DNA of 64,000 nt from Candidatus Latescibacterota bacterium. GTDB taxonomy: Bacteria; Latescibacterota; CBDEFO01. The notes beneath the pieces were generated by a model, which saw only the letters and a program-made list of their open reading frames with translations, did not search any database and had not been told where the DNA came from. Below, one piece after another: positions 1-9,984 of the stretch (its first letter is position 1; every line of letters starts with the position of its first letter). The stretch is taken from assembly GCA_965248755.1 (NCBI GenBank), contig OZ252149.1, forward strand, positions 4,160,001 through 4,224,000, written 5' to 3'. The position numbers and the translations under genes are program-made.

Positions 1-720
1 GGCATTGGCCGAGCGACAGCACTACTCTTTGCAGAAGAAGGAGCCAGAGTCGCCATGGCGGACATAGATACCGACGGCGGCCAGGAAACAGCGGAAAAGA
101 TTCATCAGGCCGGGGGGCAGGCGCTGTTTTGCCGCTGTGACGTCTCGAAAGAAAAGGAAGTAGAGGAGATGATCAAGACGGTTGTCTCAGAATACGGAGG
201 CTTGGACATCTTGGTAAACAACGCGGCTGCTTTCGTATTTGGGACGGTGGAAGAGGCAACAGAGGAGGATTGGGATAGGGTTTTGGGCGTCAACGTGAAG
301 GGATACGCCTTCTGCACAAAATACGCCGCACCTGTCATGCGAGAGCGCGGCGGCGGAGCAATTGTGAATCTGGGGTCTATGAGTTCGTTTATCGCACAGC
401 CCGCTTTTGTCCCTTATAATAGCAGCAAAGGCGCGGTGCTTCAATTGACCCGCTGTCTGGCTTACGATCTTGCAAAAGATAACATACGGGTCAATTGCGT
501 CTGTCCCGGTGCTATAGATACCCCCGCTACCTTGCGGCACGCACAATTCACCGGGATGACCAAAGAGGAGCTGGTGGAGGAATTAAAGCCCATGCAGTTC
601 ATCAAGCGGATGGGAGATCCCAAGGAGATAGCCTACACTGTCCTCTTTTTTGCCTCAGATGAGGCATCCTTCATCACAGCTGCAACTCTGCTCGCTGACG
701 GCGGTTACACAGCGCATTAG
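1..720 (+). CDS. SDR family oxidoreductase (5' end truncated by window edge)
   Basis: Frame is open from base 1 (GIGRATALLFAEEGA), with NNAA, YNSSK catalytic motif and NCVCPG. Confidence 0.93.
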   Translation, partial: GIGRATALLFAEEGARVAMADIDTDGGQETAEKIHQAGGQALFCRCDVSKEKEVEEMIKTVVSEYGGLDILVNNAAAFVFGTVEEATEEDWDRVLGVNVKGYAFCTKYAAPVMRERGGGAIVNLGSMSSFIAQPAFVPYNSSKGAVLQLTRCLAYDLAKDNIRVNCVCPGAIDTPATLRHAQFTGMTKEELVEELKPMQFIKRMGDPKEIAYTVLFFASDEASFITAATLLADGGYTAH

Positions 721-793
721 AGAATTGAGGTTTTAACGTTCACTTTGGCTATATGCAGTGGTCAGTAGCTAGGCGGAATAGAAAGGGAGAACT

Positions 794-1699
794 ATGGCTC
801 AATTGGATCTTATTAGCAGCGGATACCGAGTAGGAGAAGCCCCACTTTGGGATCCTGAAAATAATTGTCTATACTGGTCTGACCATGCAGAGCGAAGGGT
901 CCACAGATATAGTGCTGATACGGGGGAAATTGAGCTCCTTATAGAAGATGCCCACGTGGGAGGGATGGCGCTGAACCAGCCCGGAGGGCTGGTTCTGGCA
1001 GGGTCCGATGGACTCCATTTGTGGAAGGATCGGGACAACTACATTACCGTCGCCTCTGAGTTTGAGGGCAGAAAGTTGCAGTTCAACGATATGACCGCCG
1101 ATCCCCAAGGACGTGTCTTTGTAGGCTCGATGTTTGTGGGGGAGGATAAGGTGGAGCAGGAAGGGTTACTATACCGCTTTGACAACGATTGCTCCATTTC
1201 GGTTGTTCAGGGAGACATCCAACTTTCCAACGGATTGGGGTTCAACCCTCAGGATACGATCATGTACCACTCCGATTCAGCGGCTCGTAAGATATTCTGT
1301 TATGACTACAATATCGAGTCTGGTGCTGTCGCCAATCGTCAGGTCTATATTGATTTTTCCCAAGAGCCTGGAATGCCGGATGGAATCGCTGTAGATGCAG
1401 AAGGAGGTGTTTGGGTGGCTATGTGGTACGGAAGCTGTGTGATTCGCTACGACGCTGGTGGAGTCGAGGAGCGTCGCGTAGAAGTCCCCGACGTTCAGAC
1501 TTCTTCCGTCTGCTTCGGCGGTGAGGATCTAACAGATCTCTATATCACCGCGGCGTCTGAACCTTTTACCTCTTTCTTACAGCCCCCTGGTTTCGATCCT
1601 GAAGACCCGAATTTACGGGGTGGACTCTACCTTTACAGATCGGACATCCCCGGTCTGGAGGTTCCCACCGCCGACCTGACAGAGCTGAAGTGCAGCTAA
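794..1699 (+). CDS. SMP-30/gluconolactonase/LRE family sugar lactonase
   Basis: GEAPLWD, FNDMTADPQGR, SNGLGF and PDGIAVDAEG motifs. Confidence 0.92.
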   Translation: MAQLDLISSGYRVGEAPLWDPENNCLYWSDHAERRVHRYSADTGEIELLIEDAHVGGMALNQPGGLVLAGSDGLHLWKDRDNYITVASEFEGRKLQFNDMTADPQGRVFVGSMFVGEDKVEQEGLLYRFDNDCSISVVQGDIQLSNGLGFNPQDTIMYHSDSAARKIFCYDYNIESGAVANRQVYIDFSQEPGMPDGIAVDAEGGVWVAMWYGSCVIRYDAGGVEERRVEVPDVQTSSVCFGGEDLTDLYITAASEPFTSFLQPPGFDPEDPNLRGGLYLYRSDIPGLEVPTADLTELKCS

Positions 1700-1723
1700 T
1701 AGAACCATATCTACATTAAATCG

Positions 1724-3535
1724 TTACCTTTGAATAGTCAGATTATCGCTGATCCACCGAAGATTATTCAAGGCTCCGGGATGTCCGGGTTCGATCTTTA
1801 GAACCTCTTTATACTGCTCGAAGGCCTCGGCGTATCTCTTATTTACGGTAAGTATATAGCCCAGAATCATGCGGGGGCGTGTGTGCTCTGGATGTTCGGC
1901 GATACATCTTTTTACCTCCTGCACGATGTCCGAAAGGTGAACCTCCATATCCTCGGGCCTGTTCGCATAGACTCTGCTCCCGAGCGGATTTACGTATTTG
2001 AATTGGTAGGTATCTATTAATGAAGAGTAATCTTCCTCATTTCTTATATAGATTAGGGCAATGTCGTCCCAATATAAGAGCCTCCAATCGTCGCTTTCGG
2101 CGAGGAAGTCGTGGATAAAGTTTATGTCTCTTTGTCTGTCCTTTTCCGATGGATAGTTGAGAATAAAAAGGGCGATGTCGTAACTGGAAATAAGGCTCTC
2201 GAAGCCTTCGCCTCTTCCCAAGATAGTGCCGTAGTCGGACACGAGGATGTCTTCGTAGAGGAAGGTCCTCCCTCTCCCATCTATGAAGACCCTGTAGTGG
2301 GGAAATAACTCCCACATTATGTATCCCCCGAAAGTGTATTCGTTAAAAATGTTTCCCTTGATAGGATGGTCTCTCAAGAACTCTACTGCTCCCTCAGGGT
2401 ACAAAGATCTTTTGGGTCCGAAGTATAGATCGGGGATCCTGTTATATCCGTACGAAAAGAGGACTATGAACAACATAGGATAGAGTAGATAGTCCGTGCG
2501 GAGGATCTTATCTTTGATGATGTGTCGAAGTGCAAAAGATAGGACTGCAACAGCGGCAAAGGAGAATATGACTCTGTGTCGGTGAGCTAAAAAGGGGAGA
2601 TAAGCCAAGATACAAAAGAGTAGATAGCGAGATAGATCAAAATTTCTTACATCTATAAGGAGCAGAAGAGCGCCTGCGATAAGGAGCACAAAAAAGTAGG
2701 GGATATAGGTCTCATAGAGGATCTGATGAATGGGCATCCATTCGTTCAACGTAGCCTCTGTGAACTCGTCCGCCGTGAATCTGAATGCGTGGAGGATAGA
2801 TAGATAGGAGTTAGGACCCACAAGCGAGGCTATGACCAGTAACAGGGCAATTATTAGGAGTCTGTTTTTTAGCACGACTCTGAGCGATAAAGCTCCTTTC
2901 TTGTGTCGAAGTGATTCAATGAATTCTCCGACTGCGAAGATCCCAGTTACACCTATTCCGAGTATGTGGCCACCGTGCAGGTTAGCCCATAAAATCTGGA
3001 GTAGAGGGAGATAATTGAGGCTATCTTTTCCCCTGTATTTGTAGCGAAAGATTATAAAAAGATAGCAGGAAAAGAGTAGATATGAAAATATCTGAGGTCT
3101 GACTACGAAGCGATTTTCGCTGATTAGGAGGGCAAGAAGCAGAAGGATTATGCATAGAGGTCTGTGGAGATTCGAGATTTCACACGTTTTCAAGAGGAAG
3201 TGGAATGTAAAGGTTACAATGATCACCTTTGCTATTATAAGTCCATCGATAGACAAGGCAGCGTAGATTATGTAGAATATGCATTGAGCCAGCCATTCGT
3301 GCGTGATCCAGGGCTTACCATAGGCTGTGTACGAGAATACGTCTGTTGAGGGGATAGTCCAGTTCTGTATGATATATTTTCCGGTCGAAAGGTGCCACCA
3401 TATATCATCCGAACGTATTGGAGTAAGGGAGTATAGGATAACGACGAGGAAAAAGCAGACTACAAGAGGGAGGGTAAGTCTGTCTCTTATTATGGAGTTT
3501 TCTTCAAGGGAGGAGATTATATCGGGCTTTTCCAT
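1724..3535 (-). CDS. Polytopic membrane protein with C-terminal TPR (putative GT-C-fold glycosyltransferase)
   Basis: DDIWWHL..G, HEWLAQ, RPQIFS, LWANLHGG and FIDGR motifs; many TM segments; TPR at C-terminus. Confidence 0.7.
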   Translation of the reverse strand: MEKPDIISSLEENSIIRDRLTLPLVVCFFLVVILYSLTPIRSDDIWWHLSTGKYIIQNWTIPSTDVFSYTAYGKPWITHEWLAQCIFYIIYAALSIDGLIIAKVIIVTFTFHFLLKTCEISNLHRPLCIILLLLALLISENRFVVRPQIFSYLLFSCYLFIIFRYKYRGKDSLNYLPLLQILWANLHGGHILGIGVTGIFAVGEFIESLRHKKGALSLRVVLKNRLLIIALLLVIASLVGPNSYLSILHAFRFTADEFTEATLNEWMPIHQILYETYIPYFFVLLIAGALLLLIDVRNFDLSRYLLFCILAYLPFLAHRHRVIFSFAAVAVLSFALRHIIKDKILRTDYLLYPMLFIVLFSYGYNRIPDLYFGPKRSLYPEGAVEFLRDHPIKGNIFNEYTFGGYIMWELFPHYRVFIDGRGRTFLYEDILVSDYGTILGRGEGFESLISSYDIALFILNYPSEKDRQRDINFIHDFLAESDDWRLLYWDDIALIYIRNEEDYSSLIDTYQFKYVNPLGSRVYANRPEDMEVHLSDIVQEVKRCIAEHPEHTRPRMILGYILTVNKRYAEAFEQYKEVLKIEPGHPGALNNLRWISDNLTIQR

Positions 3536-3538
3536 ACA

Positions 3539-4741
3539 TCAAGAGGGTTTTCTGGTGATATAAGCGCAGATTTCCCTGTAGGTTTCTTGAAGTTCCCTAC
3601 TGCGAGAATCTATCTTTGCAAGGGACGAAATACCGTGTCTGTTCTTCAGGTGGAGGCCGGCTCTTATAAGTCCGTTGTAAGGGTTTAATATGAGTTCGTA
3701 GAGTACCTGAGCAAACTGGTTGTCTACGTGGTTTATGGGGATCTTAACTTTTCCCATTATGTAGCTTAATAGTTGAACGTTTTCCGCTCCCGCCAGAAGG
3801 TAGGCAATCGCTTCGACTCCCGTATAGATGCCTCCCGTGCCGCTTATGGGTATATCGAGTCCCTCACGTCTTACTCTTCTTATCTGTTTGAGGTTGGTCT
3901 TGAGAAGGGCTCGCCCGCCGTGTCCAGATTTGAATTTCCTGTTGAACATCCTGTTGGCAACCACCACTCCGTCGGAGCTGCCTTCGAAGGAGGCCTCCAC
4001 CATCTGGAATTGATAGTTCAAACCCCATCGCATGTTCATTATCTTGGGATAGATTACTATATCGTCTCTGGCTCTCCTCATAATTTTGGGAGCGGTCCTG
4101 TACCATTCCAGTACTATGTCCCTGTCTTTCGCCTTTTCGAGGACGCTGGGCGTGGGGGAAAAAGCTATCTCAAAGATCTTGTATCCTACATCGCTTAAGA
4201 CTTTCGTGGTGTAGAGCCATTCCTCCTCCATCCACTTTTCGTCTTTTGTTCCCGGCAGATGGCAAATTATCGAGGCTATCCTTACGGTGCGGCATCTTCT
4301 GCGCGATTTATATGTCCTGACAGCAAATGGAAGATAGTCCTCCAGGTTTCTGGTGTCGCCTTTCCCGTTCCAGTGGACTATGGGTCTTGAGCCGTCCACT
4401 CTGTAGCCAGGCTCGTAGTAAGTGCGCGTGTAGTTCCCCTCTGTTCTCCAGAAGTCCATAGAGCAACTGCCGTTTGGCGCCTCTCCCACGAAGGATTTGA
4501 GGACGAGTCCGCCGTAACCCGCTCTATCTTCCGAGTCTATCTGGTTGTCGTGCATGCTCATCTGTCCGGGAGCCACGATTATGGGATTGGGCAATTCCCT
4601 GTGATGGTACTTCGCCCGGATGTCAATCCCAAATATATCCACGATCCTCTCCGTGAGGTCCTTTGGGAGGTGATGCTTGCTGTAGTATTCGTAGAGCCTC
4701 GTAAGCTCCCTGAGTTCTTTGGTCTCCGCTTCTAACCACAT
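3539..4741 (-). CDS. Dihydroorotate dehydrogenase-like FMN TIM-barrel protein
   Basis: LPNPIIVAPG, ISGTGGIYTG and LLAGAENVQL motifs resemble the DHODH/DHPD family; divergent. Confidence 0.65.
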   Translation of the reverse strand: MWLEAETKELRELTRLYEYYSKHHLPKDLTERIVDIFGIDIRAKYHHRELPNPIIVAPGQMSMHDNQIDSEDRAGYGGLVLKSFVGEAPNGSCSMDFWRTEGNYTRTYYEPGYRVDGSRPIVHWNGKGDTRNLEDYLPFAVRTYKSRRRCRTVRIASIICHLPGTKDEKWMEEEWLYTTKVLSDVGYKIFEIAFSPTPSVLEKAKDRDIVLEWYRTAPKIMRRARDDIVIYPKIMNMRWGLNYQFQMVEASFEGSSDGVVVANRMFNRKFKSGHGGRALLKTNLKQIRRVRREGLDIPISGTGGIYTGVEAIAYLLAGAENVQLLSYIMGKVKIPINHVDNQFAQVLYELILNPYNGLIRAGLHLKNRHGISSLAKIDSRSRELQETYREICAYITRKPS

Positions 4742-4750
4742 ATACTGTTC

Positions 4751-4798
4751 CTAGGGGTTGAACGGATTAGGATAGTTCTGGGAGAGGGCGTAGGTTTT
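4751..4798 (-). pseudogene. Remnant of a C-terminal sorting (FlgD-Ig/T9SS-like) domain
   Basis: KTYALSQNYPNPFNP followed immediately by a stop; same motif as the intact CTD of the 59677-62392 protein. Confidence 0.6.
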
Positions 4799-4973
4799 GA
4801 ATCTGGCTCGCTTCCGATAGGACGGCGGTCGAGGACGGATCGCACGGAGTGCGAAGAACAGATCGACGCAGTATTTCATATTCAATTCCTTCTCAGATAT
4901 TCGCACAGTTCCTGGATTGCCTTCCCGTAATCGACTCAAGGGCCGAGAACGTGTGCCGGCATGAGATCATGTG

Positions 4974-5849
4974 TTACTCAGGCAAAAGGCCTGAACCCCT
5001 ATACTCCGTGGGTTTTCCTTCCAGGAGCGTTTTCAACTGCTCCTCATACCTATTCACAAAACCTGATGTTTGGAGGAGATTGAGACAGTCTTTTGAGTAC
5101 TCTTTAAGGTCCGTTACTCGGTCTTGCATGTCGTCTGGCATATTGCTCAGATTGGACAGAATATTGACTATCTGATCAAGAAAAGAAACGTGCTGTCTGC
5201 GTTCCATCCCTGTCTGATTTCGATCAGCTTGCTCTAGCATGTCTCGCAGATTCTTGAGCGAATCCCGTGTAAACGCGATGGTGGTTTCGTCACTCCCTGT
5301 TGTTAACAACCCAACATTGTTATAGATGACTTTGAGGTTACCCTCCATAGCTGAAGACGTCGAACTGCTCTCGATGAATTTCGCAATTTCTCTGGCTTTT
5401 CCCTCCACCATTCTGAGATGTCTGTGGGATCGAGAAAGGAGATAGACACCCGATGATAAAAGGGCTACGGCAAAGACCTGAAAAAGGAATGAAATCGTGC
5501 TTGAATCGAGGGTTCCTTTGACTCTTGTCTTTAGCTGCTCTAAGAAAGCCTTAAACTGTGAGGCAGTTTCTTTTTTCTCGGTTTTGGAGATCATGTCCAA
5601 GTAATCAGATATGTTGCCAAGCATCTCCACTATCCTCTGGTTTGTTTCCTGAAGATCCCAATAAGCAGCCACAACAGTGATAGAAACCACCAACAACACT
5701 ACGATAAACATAGATATCATTAGGAAGCTACCAAGCCTGTCTATAAGTTCGACTATGTCACCTATAATGTTACTGACTGCGGCCACAGCCGAACCGATAG
5801 CCCCTATGATCGCACTGAAGTTACGTATAAATCGTCTGAACTTGTTCAT
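4974..5849 (-). CDS. Hypothetical membrane/coiled-coil protein
   Basis: Open frame of about 290 aa with 2-3 hydrophobic segments; ATG at 5849 overlaps the stop of the upstream receiver pseudogene (TGATG). Confidence 0.7.
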   Translation of the reverse strand: MNKFRRFIRNFSAIIGAIGSAVAAVSNIIGDIVELIDRLGSFLMISMFIVVLLVVSITVVAAYWDLQETNQRIVEMLGNISDYLDMISKTEKKETASQFKAFLEQLKTRVKGTLDSSTISFLFQVFAVALLSSGVYLLSRSHRHLRMVEGKAREIAKFIESSSTSSAMEGNLKVIYNNVGLLTTGSDETTIAFTRDSLKNLRDMLEQADRNQTGMERRQHVSFLDQIVNILSNLSNMPDDMQDRVTDLKEYSKDCLNLLQTSGFVNRYEEQLKTLLEGKPTEYRGSGLLPE

Positions 5850-6284
5850 CAGCCACACCTTTCCACCATTCGAGCTATGGTCACAACGAGCTTAAGAAGC
5901 TGTTTTGTGGGGTTTGTCGTACCTCTCTTCGGGACCAGGTGGATTCCGTCCAGTTGTTCTACCGACACGTTTTCCTTTAGCTCTTCCATATAGTCCGTAT
6001 AGATTATGGTCCGCTTTCTCATCTCCGGGTTGTCTTTATAACATACTCGCGGAGCCATATCCAACCAGTTAAGAGACCATCGTGTGTGTCCTTCACCTCT
6101 TCAGGATTCAGTCCACACGGGGCCATATTCAGGTCTACAATGAGGCAATCGATCTCCTCCTCTTTCCAAAGCTCCTGGGCGTCATTGAATTAAAGCTGCT
6201 GAGAATGTTGTGTCCTTGTTCTGCTAGGGCCTTCTCCATATAGTATGAGACAGAGCCCCGGTCTTCTAATACGAGTATGTTCAT
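5849..6284 (-). pseudogene. Frameshifted paralog of the response regulator at 6471-6905
   Basis: Starts MNILVLEDRGSVSYYMEKAL and is colinear with 6471-6905; 1-bp deletions near 6189 and 6040. Confidence 0.9.
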
Positions 6285-6390
6285 TCCTGTCTCTCCTTGC
6301 TGACGTTGTGACTTTGAAAGTCATTTTCCAGTTGGGTTGCTGATCCGATATGCCATTCGCGCGAGGGTGGATTGGAGTATCTCAATCCTA
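6281..6390 (-). pseudogene. Remnant 3' end of a paralogous histidine kinase
   Basis: PNWKMTFKVTTSA..ERQE* versus PTYRVTFEVTIPSKEGQE* of the 6902-9313 kinase; same ATGA overlap with the downstream receiver. Confidence 0.7.
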
Positions 6391-6470
6391 GAGCCGATGA
6401 AGAGCAACCAGAGAACTGTATTGCAGCAGATGCTTCAACGCCTGCTTGCTTTAGCTGTCAGCTTTACCTG

Positions 6471-6905
6471 TCAGTCTCTTCTGCCCATGAGATCGATTTC
6501 TTCTACACGCTTAAGAATCTGTTTTGCGGGTCTTGTGGAGCCTCTCTTCGGGACCAGGTGGATTCCGTCCAGTTGTTCTTCCGACACGTTGTCCACTAGC
6601 GCGTCCATATAGTCCGTATAGATTATGGTCCGCTTTCTCATCTCCGGGTTGTTTTTATAAACATACTCGCGGAGCCATATCCAACCGGTCAAGAGACCAT
6701 CGTGTGTGTCCTTCACCTCTTCAGGATTCAGTCCATTCGGGGCCATATTCAGGTCTACAATGAGACAGTCGATCTTCCCCAGCTCCCAATTGGATCGAGC
6801 GTCATTGACATTGAAGCTGCTGAGAATCTTGTGTCCTGGTTCTTGTAGGGCCTTCTCCATATAGTGTGAGACGGAGCCTCGGTCTTCTAATACCAATATG
6901 TTCAT
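6471..6905 (-). CDS. Single-domain response regulator (receiver)
   Basis: ILVLED, DCLIVDLNM phospho-Asp motif, IIYT, K; ATGA overlap with the kinase. Confidence 0.88.
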   Translation of the reverse strand: MNILVLEDRGSVSHYMEKALQEPGHKILSSFNVNDARSNWELGKIDCLIVDLNMAPNGLNPEEVKDTHDGLLTGWIWLREYVYKNNPEMRKRTIIYTDYMDALVDNVSEEQLDGIHLVPKRGSTRPAKQILKRVEEIDLMGRRD

Positions 6906-9313
6906 TCTTGCCCCTCCTTTGATGGTATCGTGACCTCGAATGTCACTCTGTACGTAGGTATGCTGATGGAATCGATCACTTCCTGCGGCGTTGGGTTATA
7001 AGATCTCATCTTGGAGTTCTCATCAAGTGCTATTATGTCTTCGTACATACCTGAATGTTTCAATTTGTCTAGCTCATCGGTCAGTGGCTCGATCAGAACC
7101 ACGTCTTTTTGAAAGAGGTCTAATTCGCCTTCCTCTATCAATCTGCCCAATTGCTCACGGATCTGCTGGTAACTTCCCTTGTCCTCGGCACGGAAACCCG
7201 GTTGCAGATATGGGCCTATGAGCGGGACATTGAATTCGGAGACACGCGTGCAGGAGTGTCTGATTGAGCCGTTGTGCGCAAGCGCGATTTGCTCCGCAAT
7301 GTACATACCTATACCCAACCCTTCTTCTTGATGAGTATTTTGTCCACGGTAATATAGTTCGTATGGTCTGTGTCCTTCTTCTATTTCGGGGCCGTAATTG
7401 GTAACGTACAAGGTGTGAGGGATTTGAGGACCTAAGTCGAGCTTTCTGCAATCTAAGTAAATATTCGTGCCCCGATAGCAGTACTTTACTGCGTTGTGCA
7501 CCAGATTGTAGAGCACCTGTTCTAACAGTTCCTGGTCGCCGTAGATCTGAGGTCGGTACGGGTCCGCTTTGTATGTAGCGGCGGCGATAAACTGCAAACG
7601 TTTCCTATCTACTTCCAGACGATACGTATTGATCCACTTGAAGAGCAACTCACTATATGCCCAGAAATGAGTCTGTCCTTTCGGTTCGGGCTTCGAAACC
7701 AGCAGTTTGACTTTTTCGGACAAAGAAGAAAGCTGTCTTAGATACCCATCAATGTCCCCGAATACGTCCTGTGTTTTCTTCTTCGTCATCTTCCTCAGCT
7801 TGTCGACATCGGACAGCCACATATCGTTGAGCCACGTGAAGCCGGACGTAAGTTGTCCGGACTCATGTCCAAGAATTCGGAGCGTTATTTCCATTAGTTT
7901 TTGCTCGTTAGCAAAGAGGATGGCGGAGAGGGTGGAGAGTACCGTGTTGTAAAAAGATATGATGTATCTGTCTAAGTATCCATTGAGCCTATTCTCAATC
8001 CCAGTACGCGGATTGTCGGCTAAGTATCCTACCAAAACGAAGATGGAGACTCGAGGAAAAAACGGAAGAGGGTAGAGGCGAATAAGATTGGTGTCTTGGT
8101 TAAATATATCTTCAAATTCTTCGAAACCCTTGAAAAGCACCTCCTTCTGTGCGCTTGTGACGAACCCGATGCGGGCATCTTCAGGTATCTTGTTCAAATT
8201 GAATTTAAGTGAGCCCAGTACGCGCTCCATATCTGAGGGTATATCGCCTCGGGGAGTCACGGCTTCAAGCGTGTCGATGTCGCCCTTTGTGTAGTGTTTG
8301 ATGCCGAAAACGATGGCGTATCGCACATGAAAATCTTCGATGAGAGAATCTAAACGAGGTTCCAACAACTTCCACAGGAGATCCAAACTGTCTTCGTTCT
8401 GGGGGAGCTCTTGGGGGAGACTGGCACGGAACTCTTTCGTGCGAAGATCCACCTTGTCCCTGCAATATAGCTTTCTTTGGATGTGCATCTCTTCGGCCAG
8501 CGTCTCCTCAAGCTTGGTGAGTTCTTCCGAAGCCTGCCCGATCAATTCGTTATATCTATCGTCGTCATATACGTTGCGTGGCTTAGAGACATACTCGTCG
8601 TGCAGGTCAGCTATCTTGCCTCTGATTTTCTCAGGTGTGCTTCCATGGTCGTCCAGGTATGTGTCAAAGCAGCGTGGATTGGCATCTAAGAATCTCTTAC
8701 GTACTTGCTTGATGTCGTGGAGTCTATCTTTGAGACATATCTGTCCCACCATAAACACCGCAATTACTCTGTCTTCGGGTTTGTCTTCAGATTGTTCTTC
8801 CCCAAGTACCTTGTCTTTAAGAAAGATAGGGAAGGCCAGCTCCATGTAGCCGAGGATCGGGCAGACGTACTCGAGATATCCTCGTTCTCCATCATTGATG
8901 AACGGAGGTGTTACTCCTGTAACACGGATATCCTGCTGAATCTTGCCGCTGTCCCTTATACTATTCCTTATCTTGGTCGGGAAGTTGGACCTGATTAGCT
9001 TGCAGAAAAGCTCAGCATATGTATTGTGAGAATCGTGGCAGAACTTATTGCTGGTGCACTCTCGAAATATCTTGCATATTGGATGCAGAGCAAAGTCGAG
9101 CAGTTTGAGATCGCTGCACACAGGCTCCCCTTCGGGAGAAAACTCGATCATCGTGGTGGGGCAGTCCAAGTAGGCAGAGATCCTCGTCTGAATGCCTTGT
9201 AGATGCTCATTAGTGATGACGCCCGGACCGGTGAGCTTCGCAAGTTCGCCGCCGTGTTTCTCTCCATCGTTGGTGATATGCTCAGGTCTGAAGGGCCACG
9301 TTCTTAGTTTCAT
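6902..9313 (-). CDS. Cytoplasmic sensor histidine kinase with PocR-like N-terminal domain
   Basis: H-box ILGHESG, N-box LYNLVHNAVKY, G2 GLGIGM; N-terminal C..C and YVCPILGYMELAFPI..VFMVGQ pattern; no clear TM segments. Confidence 0.85.
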   Translation of the reverse strand: MKLRTWPFRPEHITNDGEKHGGELAKLTGPGVITNEHLQGIQTRISAYLDCPTTMIEFSPEGEPVCSDLKLLDFALHPICKIFRECTSNKFCHDSHNTYAELFCKLIRSNFPTKIRNSIRDSGKIQQDIRVTGVTPPFINDGERGYLEYVCPILGYMELAFPIFLKDKVLGEEQSEDKPEDRVIAVFMVGQICLKDRLHDIKQVRKRFLDANPRCFDTYLDDHGSTPEKIRGKIADLHDEYVSKPRNVYDDDRYNELIGQASEELTKLEETLAEEMHIQRKLYCRDKVDLRTKEFRASLPQELPQNEDSLDLLWKLLEPRLDSLIEDFHVRYAIVFGIKHYTKGDIDTLEAVTPRGDIPSDMERVLGSLKFNLNKIPEDARIGFVTSAQKEVLFKGFEEFEDIFNQDTNLIRLYPLPFFPRVSIFVLVGYLADNPRTGIENRLNGYLDRYIISFYNTVLSTLSAILFANEQKLMEITLRILGHESGQLTSGFTWLNDMWLSDVDKLRKMTKKKTQDVFGDIDGYLRQLSSLSEKVKLLVSKPEPKGQTHFWAYSELLFKWINTYRLEVDRKRLQFIAAATYKADPYRPQIYGDQELLEQVLYNLVHNAVKYCYRGTNIYLDCRKLDLGPQIPHTLYVTNYGPEIEEGHRPYELYYRGQNTHQEEGLGIGMYIAEQIALAHNGSIRHSCTRVSEFNVPLIGPYLQPGFRAEDKGSYQQIREQLGRLIEEGELDLFQKDVVLIEPLTDELDKLKHSGMYEDIIALDENSKMRSYNPTPQEVIDSISIPTYRVTFEVTIPSKEGQE

Positions 9314-9594
9314 ACTTGCATCCTCCTTCGCTCAGGGTTATCCAGTCTTTAGACCCTTTTGAAATAGTTACCAAATAAAAAGCGTCTAAAAATGCCAAAT
9401 TCCCTCCATGTATAATATTATCAGTGGTATAATATAATACAGAGAGACTGCCTTACCAAGTTTTTTTATACTATTGTTTTTGATTCCAGGGTTTTTCAGA
9501 AGGCTTTTAGATTGTTTGTTTCCCGTAAGCACTTCTTATACCAGCTAGATCAGCTCATCTGAGAGTCAGTAGCTGTGGCCTCTCCGTGTACACT

Positions 9595-9743
9595 GCCAGC
9601 GGCTTAGTCCACAGCAAGTGCAAATGTCCCGTCCCCATTATTCATCAACACTGATACACCATCATCATGAGCTACGGCCAAGTCATTATCCCCATCCAAA
9701 TCCGCAACGAAAACTGATGAGGGGAATCCCCAACGGCATAGTC
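9595..9743 (-). pseudogene. FG-GAP repeat gene fragment
   Basis: DYAVGDS/SSVFVADLDGDNDLAVAHDDGVSVLMNNGDGTFALAVD*AAG, with one frameshift and one stop. Confidence 0.75.
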
Positions 9744-9984
9744 AGTCGAAGGTCCGATAAGATCCTGCCCACAGGTAGGCACATTCAAAGTGACTAACAG
9801 TGCCAGAGCAGTATATAAGATTACACATCTCATTAGTATCGTCTCTTACTCGAGGGGCAGCAAAACAGATTTTACTTATGGCCAGCCCCCAGTTCCTAAA
9901 AAGAGAGAGGACCAAGGGGCATGTAAGTTTCGCTCACAGAATAAACGTTGAAATCATAATCTTTGCCATACTGATCTCGCCGTT

